Source: Monocercomonoides exilis PA203
Lineage: Eukaryota > Protista > Preaxostyla
Direction of reading: 5' to 3'
DNA length: 64,000 nt
Assembly (NCBI GenBank): GCA_001643675.2
Contig: LSRY02000022.1
Span: forward strand, 992,001-1,056,000
A program made the position numbers and the translations under genes. Of the stretch, positions 25,001 through 37,801 are shown in pieces. Each line of letters opens with the position of its first letter. The stretch's first letter is position 1. The notes beneath the pieces are model-generated. The model was not told the DNA's origin, searched no databases, and was given only the letters and a program-made list of their open reading frames with translations.

Positions 25001-25421
25001 CGCTATACTCCCATTCACTTCTGGAGCCTTGTGTCCAGACTGCATCTGTGTACACCCTTCTCCTTCGAGAATATCAACAATAGCTATCTTCGAGCCCACC
25101 TCAAGGGCGCTCCCAATTGGGGACTCAATAACAATCCCAGAAGCTCTCCAAACTATTTTCTCGTTCCTCCTCTCGCTCATCTGTCCAATCACTCGGAGAT
25201 ATGCGGAGTCTTCTTCTGTTCTCGTTGCCTCGTGTCGCACCTCTTCTCTCGGTCTCTCCATCACACAATCCCCTGTGGCTTCTCGTTCTCTCTCCTTTCT
25301 TTGGTCTGACGAGTTCAGAGTCTCTCCGAAATTCACATATTGTTTCTGTTCTTCCTTCTCTGATCGCGTCTCGCCCGGAGCAACGGTTTCTCGTTGAGTA
25401 TTCATTTCGCTGTAATTTTGT

Positions 25422-26713
25422 TCACTCTCCCCTCTCTCTGTCTCGCGGCAAAGCTCGGCTCTCTCTTCTCTCTCTACTCTTCCGACCAATTGTTGGCTCC
25501 GATTGTTGGTTCCATAGTTGTCCCCCCTTGGGTCCTTGGGGGAGCTGGTGGCAATGGTCCCGCAATGGGGACTGTCTTTCCCGTGATGGTTGGGAGTAAC
25601 TGAGCCTGGAACTGTAACGTTCTCTTCTTTCCCCCAAAGTCCGTAAAGCTCCTGCCGTATCCCCTTCTCTGGAGCTGCCTGAATACGAATCCTTGGGTGC
25701 TCCTTCCTGAACTCTATCTTCTCGTAAGTCCACTTCTGGTGGTTGCAAGGAAGAAACCTGCTGAGGAGTCTGCAGATGCACCATTTCTTTTGCATCTTCC
25801 TCTGCTAAAAAAAGCTGATGCTCTCCACCAACTTTTTAAGATTCTCTGGCTCATCTTTGGAAGTTCCCCCTTAAAGGAAACCATTCACGATCTCCCAACC
25901 CGATTGGGGTATAACCTTTAGTAGGTTTATTCTGCTGATACAGTCGGAGATAAGCGCATAGGCGCAAAACAATCCTCTCAGTCGTTCCTTATCCTCTTCC
26001 ATGAGGTGCGCTTTCTCAAGTTCCTTCACTGTTAGGGCTGCGATTTCTTTTGCAGCTTCAAACCCCGATTCGAGAGTTGGTTGGAGCAGTTCAATAACCC
26101 GGACAGCTTCTGGAAAGACATTTCTTCCTTCAGCAGTGACCCCCGTCACCGCTAAGGCATTCCAGGTCTCATTCGTATGTCTGGTGAAAAAATTCTTTTC
26201 CGTCTCTGGAATAAATGTATTTAGGATATCGTTGTTTATCCTTATCGATTCGGCATGGCAAAACTCCATAAATCTCTTCAGTTCACCCACCTGTCTCCTG
26301 GGCGTCAGCCATTCATCTGGGAAAATTCCCACAAAGTCCATTGATCCTTCTTCGTCATCACGCTCTTCTGTCCTCTCAAAATCACTATCGTTGTCCTCTT
26401 CATCGTTCAACATCTTCCTTTGGCTAAGTGTACTACGGACCCTCAACGGCTGTTAGTGTTTCTTCTTCGTGATCATCTCTGAATAATCTGATTCAGACTC
26501 CGACTTGCTCGATCTCGATCGTGATCTCCTTCTTGGTCGCTCTCTCTTTTCCTTTTTCATTGGTAACATTTCTATTATTCTAGATCGACTTGGCCCTACT
26601 CAGCTCATTGACACTTCATCAATACAATTCTCCACTCTCTTCAGTCTCTTATCCAGATCAATTGCCTTCTCTTCGCTGTTACTGTTTTCCAATTGAATAG
26701 GATCTCACGACAT
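25422..26713 (-). pseudogene. DIRS gag-like ORF1 (disrupted)
   Basis: First ORF position in the element. ATG at 26713 is followed by TCG TGA. Coiled-coil, RS-rich and helical segments. The assignment is positional. Confidence 0.6.
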
Positions 26714-27297
26714 ATCTGCTGAGGACAATGGTGTGTAAAACAGGTTTGAGTGTAAGTTAAGTTTGATCATAAGCCACAAGTCCTTTTCTAACAAAACTCA
26801 TTATTGAGGAGTAAACCTTCTCCTTGAGTTGGTATATTCGCTTTATTGCAAATTTATGGAAAAATGTGATTTTGATGAACAAGAACTCCAGCTGGATTGA
26901 TAATAATCAATCCATTGGAGATGGGATTATATTTCAAATCCAAAAAAATGGTTTGATTTTTTTATTTCATTCATTTTTCTTTAATCGTGTGGTTTCAATG
27001 AATACAGATTGGTCATGAACAGGAATGATGTTTAAAGAAACCTTCTTCACATTTCGCAAAAGATCCTAAAGTTTTGAGATTATCAATTGTTTGCATTGCA
27101 TTCGACGATGATATTCGTGACTTCTGCCATCTGTCTTGAATGTTGCATAGCCTGACAATGCTTGACATGATCTTGAAAGAAAGATGAAGAAATTTGCTTT
27201 TGCATATTTATTGAGAATGTTTTGCAGAGGCAAATCTTTCATCAGAGATGATGAGCTGGGTGGACATATTCATTCGAAAGATATTCGGCTTTTCATA

Positions 27298-29314
27298 GGT
27301 TAGTGTTTTTATTGGAACCTTTTTTTTTATTGGAACCTTTTTTCTATTTCTTTGTGAAAGATATAATTTTCTGTAAGAAACAAAGATTATTTGCACAAAC
27401 AATTGTTTTTGTCATCAGTGGATGAACAGATGTTCTTATTTGATTTCGGGGGAACAGTGAAATATGTTAGTGAAATTATCGTATGAAAAAAACATGACAA
27501 ATTCTTTTTAAAAACAAATTGAATAAACAAAAATTTATTAAAGCAAACACTTCCTATATCATAACTTGAAATGTCTTTTGGCTGCTTCAAATAGATTTTT
27601 TTTTGATCATTACCCAAAAAATTGATTAGTTTTTTTAATGATCAAAAAAAAAGCTGAAGAAGGAAAAAGAAAAATGAAAGCAGAAATGGCGTCGATAAAC
27701 TATCGCATTAATGAAAATAGACTCGAGAGAATGGCGCGAATTCTGATTGACGGAAAAGCCAGGCTTGTGGATGCAACGAACTTCGGTGAATTTTCAAAAA
27801 AAACTCTCATCCATGCAGTGAAGGCTGTAAAAAGTGAAAGGGATGTTGCCAAAGTGGGAAGACCGTCATTGCTGCGTAAGGAAAAAAAGGAAATTGTTAC
27901 AGACGTAATTAAAATTGAAGCAAAGTGTGGAACAAACCTGACAGTGAAGAAAACAAAAGAATTGGTTTGCAAAATATTTTTTTTTCTATTTATTTGTTTC
28001 TATTAAGATTGAAAATGCGATAGAAGATGAAGATTCAGAGATTTCAGTTGATGCTTCACCAAAAAAAGAAATTTCAAAATCCGCGGCTTATTCCTTCTTG
28101 CGAAATCAACCCGAATTGAAATTACAAAATCCAAAAATTTTGGATTCAAAACGTCTTGCAGCATCTTGTCAAGACGTTTTGAAACCTTGGTACGAAATGC
28201 TTGATGATTTGCATTCAAGGTTCAAATACCGAAGGGAGCTAATCTTTAATGTGGATGAAACATCACTGAGATTATCAGATAATTGCCAAAAACTTGTTGC
28301 GACATCCTCGGAATCTCCTTCAGCTTATTGTCTAGCACCTTCGAGAGTTCGAAATGCGACGCTTGTGGCTGCTGTTGCCTCAGATGGATTTTCTTTGCCT
28401 ACAATTGTTCTTTGGCCAAGTTCAAATGTTCCGGAAGAGTTGACTCCTTTACTATCTCCTTCGCTTGATGTGTGGTGCAATACGAACGGTTGGATGAATT
28501 TTTCTTTATTCGAACGATACTCTTTGAATGTTCTGCTTCCAGAAATATTTGAAAGAAAGAAAAGGATGAAGTTGATTGAAGAGAGATGTTTGCTATTCGT
28601 TGATTCGCACAGCTCTGTTGCAAACCCCATTATTTGGAGAAAATTTATAAAGTCGAATGTGGATGTAATCACATTTGTTCCTCACACAACACATATTTCG
28701 GAACCTCTCGACAGGGGTGTGTTTTCTGTTCTTAAATCAGTTTTTGAATTCATCAATAGAAATCCCACAATCTTCAACTACATCTTTCAACAGAATGGAT
28801 TTAACAGACATCCTTCACCAAGCTCTTCACTCTGCATTCGCACCATCAGTTATTAAGAATGCATTTGATGCAAGTGGTGTTTTGTTTAGATCGTCAGGAT
28901 CAGTTTTTCGTAAATTACCCAAACACTCTTCATTTCCTTTGCCTTCTTATTCAAATCGTTTTGATTTTTACGGAAAACTGCTCACAAATGAGGATCTCTA
29001 AGAAAAGTGGGAAGAAGATATATTTATTCGAACAAGTGCGAAATGTTCCGAAGCCGAAGAAGAAACAGAAAACATTGAAGATACTCTTCCATTAAAGTCA
29101 AGGAAGAAAAGAGTTTATCGAAGAATTTTGCATGATGATTTGGAAAATATCGAAGAAGAAAATTCTGCAGATCAAAGTTCAGGAAAAAGAAAAATTCGAA
29201 GACTATTTGACCCAAGTTTTGTTTATTTTTGCTAATTGAGTCTGTATTTTTTGAATTTTGTAACTTCAAAAATTTGGTGCCAATAAAAAAATGGTGCCAA
29301 TAAAAACACTAACC
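27298..29314 (+). mobile_element. pogo/DDE_1 DNA transposon, copy 2, with TA TSD
   Basis: TIR ggttagtgtttttattgg(a/c)acc with an internal tandem (ttttattggaacc)x2 at both ends. Flanked by TA at 27296-27297 and 29315-29316. Confidence 0.93.
27638..29001 (+). pseudogene. pogo-like transposase, intron 27965-28007, frameshifted near 28740
   Basis: GRPSLL linker, IFNVDET, NTNGWM, LLFVDSHSS, FVPHTTHISEPLDRGVF. The reading frame shifts after the third Asp motif. Confidence 0.85.
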
Positions 29315-31154
29315 TATTATTTATCATTCATCTTTTTCATATCAAAGAATTGCATGGTTGAGCAGCTATTTTGATGCTTTCATAATACGACTCATTCTGC
29401 AGATGAAATATACAGAATTGGATGAAATGTGAATGTCTTTTATAAATAAATGGGATTTGAGTTTGAATTAATAATGGAGAACTTCAAAGTGGAGAAGAGA
29501 AATGAGGGAAGATGCAACGATGGATTTGAAAACAAGGAAAAATCCATGTGAAGAAGAAAAGTGGCTTTGAAGAAAGAAGGAGAGAAAGCGATAGAATGGA
29601 ATTTGAAGGAGGGAAAGGGAGAAAATAAAGAATAAATGAATGAGATGCAGAAGGGAAAAGAGAGAGCAAAGTTGGAATTAGAGGGAAAGATAGAAAAAAA
29701 GAAAGAAAGTTCGATTGCAATGAAAGAAAAACTTGGCAAGAAGAAAACAAGATGGCTTTCGAGAAATATAAAGAAAGAAAGGTTAAGAGAAAAAGGGAAG
29801 AAGAACAAGAATAGTTCGAAGCCTTCTTCAAGAAAAAAGGAGGAAAATGATCGAATTTATTTCAGACAACAAACACTTTAAAAGATTAACGGAATGGGAG
29901 TATTTTCGTGGAGAAAAATAAAAAAAAAATGATAAGAAGAAAAAACATCAAAAAAACAAAACCAAATCTCGGAAAATCAAACGAAGAGGTCATTTTCACC
30001 TTGCCACTTATTCCCTGGATGCGTTGCTTGGACATTAACTTATGAGATTTTGAGGATATCAGAAGAAGAAGCGAAAACAGAAGGAAAGGGAGAGAAAGGA
30101 AAAGGAGAAAGAAGTTATATTTAATAAGATGATTTGTGCAAAGAGTGACAGGTTTTTGACAGACAAAAGAGAGATGGAAAAAAGATTGAAATGTCAAAGA
30201 GGAGGAAGAAAGGATAAAGATGAACGGAGAAGATGAAAAATGAAAAGAAATGAAAATAAAATTGAAAAAAAAAAAGATAAACAAAATGTATTTACATATT
30301 TCTTTTAATCAAAAAACATCAAATCACTCTGGAATATATATTTCTTTTTATATTCCATATCATAATCAACATCTTCTTCGATTTATCATCATCGTCTTCT
30401 TCTCTTTCTTCTCTCTCTCCTCCTTCTTCCTCTTCTTCTTATTCCACTTCTTCCTCTTCTTTCTCTTTGTTATCTTCTGTTTCTTCTTCAATTTTATTTT
30501 TATTTTATAATTTTCATTCTTCAATTACAACATTTATTTCATTTGTTCTTGGTGGTGATTGAGTCTGATGCAAGTTATCCGAGTGTGATAAAGAAAAGGT
30601 TATTTTTTCGAAATGAACTTTGAAGATAAAATAAAGAGATAGAAAAAAAAGAAAAAGAAAGAAAGCGTTTTTGGCTGAGAAGCAACAATTGGCCAGTCAA
30701 TCGCAAAAAGATAGTTATTCTTTATTCCCATTCGCATTCATCTTGCAAATCTTCAATTTGTTCGCAGAATTTGGATTTCTCTTTTTCTAAGAACAGAATT
30801 TTTATGGAGTGCAAAAGAAATACTTGCAAAGGAGCTGGCTGAAAGTGAAGTCGTTTCAAAGATCAGAAATGAGGACGTAGCTAACATGTGTGAATCTGTT
30901 TGTATCAGTTTTTTTCTCGTGATACAGCTTTGCAAACAAATCTTTAAAGGAAAATTTTCGAATAAAGAAAGAAAAAGTCTTATTTTTTAATTATTTCTTT
31001 ATTTATTCATTTCATCAAAATAAAGTGGAAATAATAAATAAGATTTATTAAAAAGGTTACAATTTATATTTCCTCCCCACCCCCCCAATAATGTGAAATG
31101 ATGAAAAAAGGATCAATATCATATGAGCTCCAAAATGAACTGCATCCAATCTCC

Positions 31155-32601
31155 TCAAACGTTCATAAAATAATCAGAAATATCCAACGATAATTCATAA
31201 TTATATTTTCTGTTCAGGAAATTCAACGTTTCATGAAAGCTGGTGATGATATCTTCATATCCTTCTTCCTCCAGCTTTTCAAATGTCTCCATTTTTGTTG
31301 CTTTTCTTTTCCTTTCATTCATTTTATTTTTCGTCTTTTCTTTCAATCGATTTGAAACATTCGTAAAGAATAGTAAGCATTCATACGCCACATCATCATT
31401 CAACGTAGGCCGCTGTATCTCCTCCAAAATAGCATCAATAGCACCACTTTTCATCCAGTCATCAATTTTCACATTTCTATTTTTTGCTGCTCTTCTCAAG
31501 GAACAAATGCACTGGCTTCGAATTCCTCTGCAGTTATCCTTCGCTGCTCGAAATACCTGAACAATGCTGCTGAAAAGCCAAATAAATTCTTCATTTCGCA
31601 ATTGGAATAAGAAAAAGAAAGACTGCAATGTTCGGAGCCATCCAAATAAAATAACCTCTTCTTTCGTTTCTTTTCCTCTCTTCCAATCAATACATATTGT
31701 TAGCTCTTCCAATTCTCTTGTTGCCTCTCTTGCAAAATGCAGTTCATTCACAATTACTCTTTCTAAGCTTTTGTCAGTGTCCAATCTGTCTATCAAAAAC
31801 ATCCAAGCAGATTGATAAGCCAATCGTGTCATAGTTCGATGCTCCTGATGATATTTGATGATTTCTTTGATTTCATTCAAATACAGTTCTTGTTCAATTT
31901 CCTAATGAAAATACAGAAAAACAAATAAATAACTTCAAAAATGAAATAGAAGTGAACAAACGCGATATTTTCTTATGCAACTCAGTGCCAACAAAGCCAT
32001 TTCAACTTCTTTTTTGGTTTCCTCGCTTTCTTCTTTCTTCGAGGCAACTTTCAGAAGTGGAGGCATAATCATTGAAAGAAAGTCATATAAAATGAACTCA
32101 TCATTCAACAAAAGATAGCACTCACAAAGATCAACCAAAAGCTTTTCGTTCTTTTCATCTTTCTTTTCATTTTCTTCAATAATCATCTTTTCAAGTCTTA
32201 CACGAAATGAATTTTCTTCAAAACTATGTAAAAATAAAAATTTCATTGTTTTGCAATATCCGATGTGTTTCATCAGCAAAATTGCATTTTCTATCGTCAA
32301 TTTGTTTTCTTCAATCATTTCATCTATTCGACTGAACATTTCTTTTTTGAAAAAGGATTCAAATTCTTCTTCCTCCATTCCATCAAATATTTCATTTATT
32401 TCTTCGATTTTCACTTTCTGCTCGCTTTCCGGGCAATGCTCCAGTTCATAAAACAATTCTTCAATAAATTTATTAATGATGGAAAGCGCTGAACACTCAA
32501 AAAATAGAAAAATTCACAAACTCGAAAACTTATCTCTGACGAATATGTTCTGGAAAAAATTATCGGATATGCCTTCATAATACATTTCTATTCTGCGTCA
32601 T
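31155..32601 (-). CDS. 'NEIKEIIKYHQEHR' multigene family protein, copy A (spliced)
   Basis: Exons ~32459-31963 and 31901-31155 are joined by GTTTGT..TTAG. An upstream exon ends KFS|. Clearly paralogous to 36341-37801 and 59911-61362. Start is 32601 or 32585. Confidence 0.8.
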
Positions 32602-34879
32602 ATTTGTAAAGATCAATTAAACAAAGTATCATATTTTAAACAAAATAACAAAAACATCAAACATTGTTGATTGTTGAAGAAAAAAATACAAAAGCCAAAC
32701 TCAATTCCTTTGCTTTGAAACAATCAGAGTTAAAAAAAGAAGCCACAAAGAGAATTAAACAACCAATTGTTTGCAGAATGAAAAAGAATCAAAATTCTTT
32801 CTGATCAGATAAACAATAATTCATTTCATGTTTTGGATGGCATTTTTATGAAAAATTGAACAAATTGAGAAATATCCCACATATTTGCGTTGAATAAAAA
32901 TGAAATATCTATTTCAACATTCAGAGTGGAATAAAGAAGGGGAAATTTGATTCATTTTTTGAATTTTCCAAAAAAGTGACAAAAAAGCAACAGTTTGTTC
33001 ATTAATTATGTGTATATCACATCAATATATTAAACATTTGCATTTCAATTTTTGCACTCATTTTTAGAGTTATTTGGAATCTTTCCTTGTCAGAAATGAT
33101 TTTTTCTGTAATTTCAAAATGTTTGCTGGTTTCAGTGAATGTTTCAAATTTAATGTATTGAGTAAAGTTTTGAGATATCTGGACACTTTTGTTATTTGTT
33201 CGTTTCTTGAGTGGGCCATCCAGGCTGAAAGAGGATTGATGGAGGGGATTTAGCTTTCAACAATTCACATTTTTAATGGTGCTCGGACGTATGATGATTG
33301 AACGCATAAGAGAATTTATCAAGACAACATTGGGCTGCATTGTTAGAAGAGCATTAAAAGAGATTCTATTCCAAAAGATTTTGAAGCTGTGTGAAGATGA
33401 AGAAATTCGAGATGGAAAAGGGAGGTTAATTCAATATCGAAATTAAATTGCAACCGAGTTGAGTTCATTTCAACATATTAATCGTTTAATTGTGTTGCCA
33501 CTTGACGTGTATTTTTCTGTGAATACGCTTGTTACGTTTTCTGGAAAATCATCGTTTTGGGTTGTTTTGAAGATTTTCATTGTTTCACCGATTTCTGAGT
33601 GGATTTCAAAGCAAACACAGAAACAGCACAAGAGAGAACGAAGCGAATCTGGTAGGATAGAACAGATTGCGATTGAAGTATTTGATCAAATTGAGGTGTG
33701 TTATCTAGTTTATGTAATATTTGAACAATTTTTATTTAAACAAAAAAGAAATTATAAAAAAATAAAAATACTTTTAACTTTTTCAGCAATGATGATTTCG
33801 CGTTTTCACTTTCACTTTTTTCCTTTTCTTTTTCTTTTGGTGTTTCATCGCTGTTCTTTTGACTTCAGTTTATAAAAAGAAACGACAGGGAAGAAATGAT
33901 AAAAGATAAGCAGCTTCAATTTGAGAGGCAAGAAGATGAGCTTATTTTAAAAAAAGGTATCACCTCATTTTGATTGAAAATTTCCAATCTTTTTTTTATA
34001 TATTCTGACTTCTTTTGCAAATTTTAAAAATTTTTCACTCAAAACTAATTCTTTCTGTGGATTATTGCCAATTCCATCAAAGGAAAATGCAGTCGCTTGT
34101 GAATGCGCTCGCCTTCGTCGTGCTAATTTCCTTGAGCTTCTTGCAGCATCTGCCTTTGAAAGTGTCTTTCCACCTTTCCTTCAACCAGCACTGTTTAGTC
34201 GCTTGAATAACACTGGATGGCATTCTGTCGATGTTGAACAGCTTCTGGATGGAGAAAGGTTGCATTAATAGAATGGAGAAGCTGCTTCAGTGAGGAGAGC
34301 CACTGACAGATGCGAAAGAAAAGAAAGTGATGAGGGATAAGAAAAAGATGAAGTGGAAGAAAGGGAAGAAAGGGAAGAAAGGGAAAGAAAGGGAAGAGGG
34401 AGAATAGGAAGAGGAAGAATTTTATGAAAAAGAAGAAGGAACAAGCTATTTTGAGAAGATGAATATGATATTTTCTTGTGAATGGATAAATAAAGTAAAA
34501 AATGTTTGCCATCATGAGGAAAGAGAGGAAAGAGAGAAAAAGAAAAGAAAAAAGAATGAAGAATAAAAAGAATATAACAATGATGATGAAGATGACATTG
34601 TGATTATCTTGTCAAATGCATCATTTGTGCGGAGCAGCTATGAAGTTGCAAACAAAAAGAGGGGAAAATTCATAAGAGAAATTAAAAAAAACGCTTCAAA
34701 GCGTCAGTTCCATGTGAGAATGAGAGCAAGGAGAAGAAATAAAAAGATGGGAAAAAAGGAAATGAAGAGAATGATAAAACACAATCATCATCAACATCTG
34801 CATTAGCAACAACTTCATCATCCTTTTCTTCGTAAAGAAAATCAAACATTTCGTGAAAGATGATGATGGAATATATACA

Positions 34880-35114
34880 TTCTTCCTCTTCTTCTTCTTC
34901 CTCTTCCTCTTTTCCTCCTCCTTCTCATATTCCTCCTTCTTCAACACAGAACGTGATGAATGTAACCCTGAACTTCCATTTCGCGCTCTTCTTTCTCTTC
35001 AACCTCCTCCTCCACTATTGAAGAAAACTATACCTTTTGCTTCTTCCCCTTCTCATTCTTATTTTTATTTACTCAACAACTTATTCTTCCTTCAATTCCT
35101 TCAATTCTTCCTTA

Positions 35115-35150
<36 letters not shown>

Positions 35151-35226
35151 GTCTTCCACTTCCTCTTCTTCTTCTTCTTCCTCTTCGTCTTCCACTTCAT
35201 CTTCCTCTTCTTCGTCTTTATCTTTA

Positions 35227-35259
<33 letters not shown>

Positions 35260-35633
35260 CTTTCTCTCTCTCTCTCTCTTTCTCTTTCTCTTCCTCTTCC
35301 TCCTCCTCTTCTTCCTCTTCCTCTTCCTCTTCTTCCTTTTCTTCTTCCTTTTCTTCTTCTTCCTCCTCCTCCTCCTCTTCATCTTCATCTTCATCTTCCT
35401 CTTTTTCTCCTTCTCCTTCTCCCTTTTCTGAGTTTTCTGAGTTTTCATAATTGTCTTTGAATGATTGCTGCTTTTGGGAAGCTGAGAATGAAGAAGAAAT
35501 TAATATTGCTGTTAATTCTTCTTCCTCCTCCTCTTCTTCTTCTTCCTCTTCCTCTTCTTCTTCCTCTTCCTCTTCTTCTTCCTCTTCCTCTTCCTCTTCC
35601 TCTTCCTCTTCCTCTTCTTCGTCTTTATCTTTA

Positions 35634-35668
<35 letters not shown>

Positions 35669-35712
35669 CTCTCTCTCTCTCTCTTTCTCTTTCTCTTTCT
35701 CTTTCTCTCTCA
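34880..35712. repeat. Compound polypyrimidine microsatellite tract (CTT/CCT/CT/CTTT)
   Basis: Direct reading. It generates spurious poly-E/poly-S/poly-L ORFs. Confidence 0.9.
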
Positions 35713-36340
35713 ATCTTCAAGGGACGCATCAAAACTCCCATCAGAATTTCTTCCTCTTCTCCGATTTTCAAATTAAACATTTTTTTATTGCCTTCAGATG
35801 CTGCAGACGGATTGTTTTAACTTTTGGAAATGGAAATGATGAAGAATGAATAAACAGGCAGAGGAAAGCGTTTGGGTTGAATGTTTCACTGAACTTGAAT
35901 CAGCATCAACATCGTTGTTTGCTGTTTTTGTTGTCTTTTCAACATTCTCTGAGGGTTTCTGATATTTATTGAAAGCGAAGGAAGCATTGAGAAAACACAA
36001 TTTTCTTTTTGCCAAAGAGCTGAAAAGAGGTTGTTTCGAGAAAAACAATCAAAAGAATGAATGAAGAATTTGAAATAAAAATCATTTGTCAACTCATTTT
36101 GGGAAGAACTTTTGTGAAAGAAAGAAGAAAATGGAGAAATTCATGATTTAAATTATTTTTATTTGGAAAAAAAAAAATTCAATTATTTTTGTTGTTATTT
36201 CTTCACTTCATTTTGATGAATCTGGATAAAAAATCACTTTAAGCAAACATATGAAAATAAATTTTTGTACCGTTTTGTGAAATGAATAAAAAAAGAGAAA
36301 GAGAAATTGTGAGTCATGAAACTGAAAGCATCTCATTTCC

Positions 36341-37801
36341 TCAAATGTTCACAAAATAATCAGAAATATTTAAAGAAATTTCAGGATCAAAATATTTTCT
36401 GTAAAGAAAACCAGATATTTCATGAATGCTTGTGATGGTATCTTCGTATCCTTCTTCTTCCGTCTTTTCAAAAACCTTCCTTTTCGTTGCCTTTCTTTCT
36501 ATTTCATCATTTTCACTTTTCTCCTTTCCTTTTAATCGATATGAAACATTCTTAAAGAAGTGCAAGCATTCATATGTCACACCTTCATTCAACGTTGGAC
36601 GCTGTATCCCCTCCAAAACAGCATCAGCAGCTCCTCCTTTCAATAAGTCATCAATTTTCACAATTCCTCTTTCTGATGCACTTCTCAAGGGGTAAATGCA
36701 CCATCTACTAATTTCTTCGTAATTATCCTTCGCAGCTCGATATATCTGAACAATTCTACTGAAAAGATCAACACGTTCCTCATTCGGTAATTGACGACAT
36801 TGAAAATAAATCAGAAGTGTTTGGATCCATCTCCCGATTACAAGTACTTCCTTTGCTTCATTTTCTTCTTTTCCATCTTCTTTTCTATACCAATCAAGAC
36901 ATCTTGTTAGCTCTTCTAGTTCTCTTTCCGCCTCTCTTGCAAAATGCAGCTCATTAGCAACAGTATCTTTCAAGAATCCATTGGTGTAAAATCTGGATAT
37001 AAAAAATTGCCAAGCAGACTGATAGCCAAGACAAGTTAGGCTACGATGCACCTGATGGTATTGAATGATCTCTTTGATTTCATTCAAGTAAATTTCTTGT
37101 TCAATTTCCTATTAATAATACAAGAAAAAAAACATTATATCAAAAAAATAGAAATTCTCATACGCTGTATGTGTTAATGTGACTTAAAGCCAACAAAGCC
37201 ATTTCCACTTCTTTTTGAGTCTCCTCGTTTTTCTCTTTCTTCGAGGCTACATTCAAAAGGCATGAGACACAAATTGATATCAAATTCGAAGAAAAATCGA
37301 AATGAAACAAAAGATAACATTCACAAAGATCAGCTAAAAGCTTTTCGTTCTTTTTTCCTTTTTCCTTTTCTTCTTCTTCAACAATCATCTTCTTAAATCT
37401 TTCGCCCAGCGAAGACAAATCAAAGCATGGATTCCAAACATTTTTAAGCTTGATGCAACATCCAGCATGTTTCAGTAGCAAAATTGCATTCTCTATCGAC
37501 ATTTTCTTTTCTTCAATCATTTTGTCTATTTTATAGAACATTCTTTTTCTGAAAATGGATCTGAATTCTTCTTCATTCATTCCATCAATTATTTCATTCG
37601 TTTCTCCAATTTTCTTTCTCTGTTTATCTTCATCGTAATGCTCCAGCTCAGAAAACAATTCTAAAAAATTGAAAAAAAAGAAATGCAATCAAAAAGAGTT
37701 TTCATGCAACAATGAACGCGAACCATTGAACTTTTTTGTGTTGTCCGTCTCCTATATACATATTTTTTTTGTAGAAATTTTCATTCAGAAAACAACACCA
37801 T
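36341..37801 (-). CDS. 'NEIKEII' family protein, copy B; coding exons 37801-37799 (ATG only), 37751-37724, 37660-37164, 37108-36341
   Basis: Three GT-AG introns give a continuous frame METDNTKKFNELFSELEH...SHINTYS|EIEQEIYLNEIKEIIQYHQVHR...ISDYFVNI*. Confidence 0.85.

Larger units (their letters stand above)
20821..26855 (-). mobile_element. DIRS-type tyrosine-recombinase retrotransposon, full length, inactivated
   Basis: Gene order gag-like, RT, RNase H, MT-like, YR on the minus strand. The inverted termini share ggttt(g/a)ctcc..(g/a)ataatgagt. An internal complementary region matches both ends. GC content is higher than the flanks. Confidence 0.93.

Noticed and set aside
26700-26750. Hammerhead ribozyme at the DIRS 5' end (CTGAGGA)
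   Set aside because: No GAAA-stem III-NUH arrangement follows. The CTGAGGA on the minus strand near 21740 is just part of a hairpin.
32990-34320. Coding-like remnants here and at ~9.5-9.9, 17.8-18.6, 26.9-27.3, 38.5-39.1, 45-46.7 and 61.6-63 kb
   Set aside because: Too decayed to assign a product or boundaries without a search.
37752-37754. Conserved in-frame TAG in two paralogs as a readthrough or recoding site
   Set aside because: Better explained as the 3' splice acceptor of the intron that follows the ATG.
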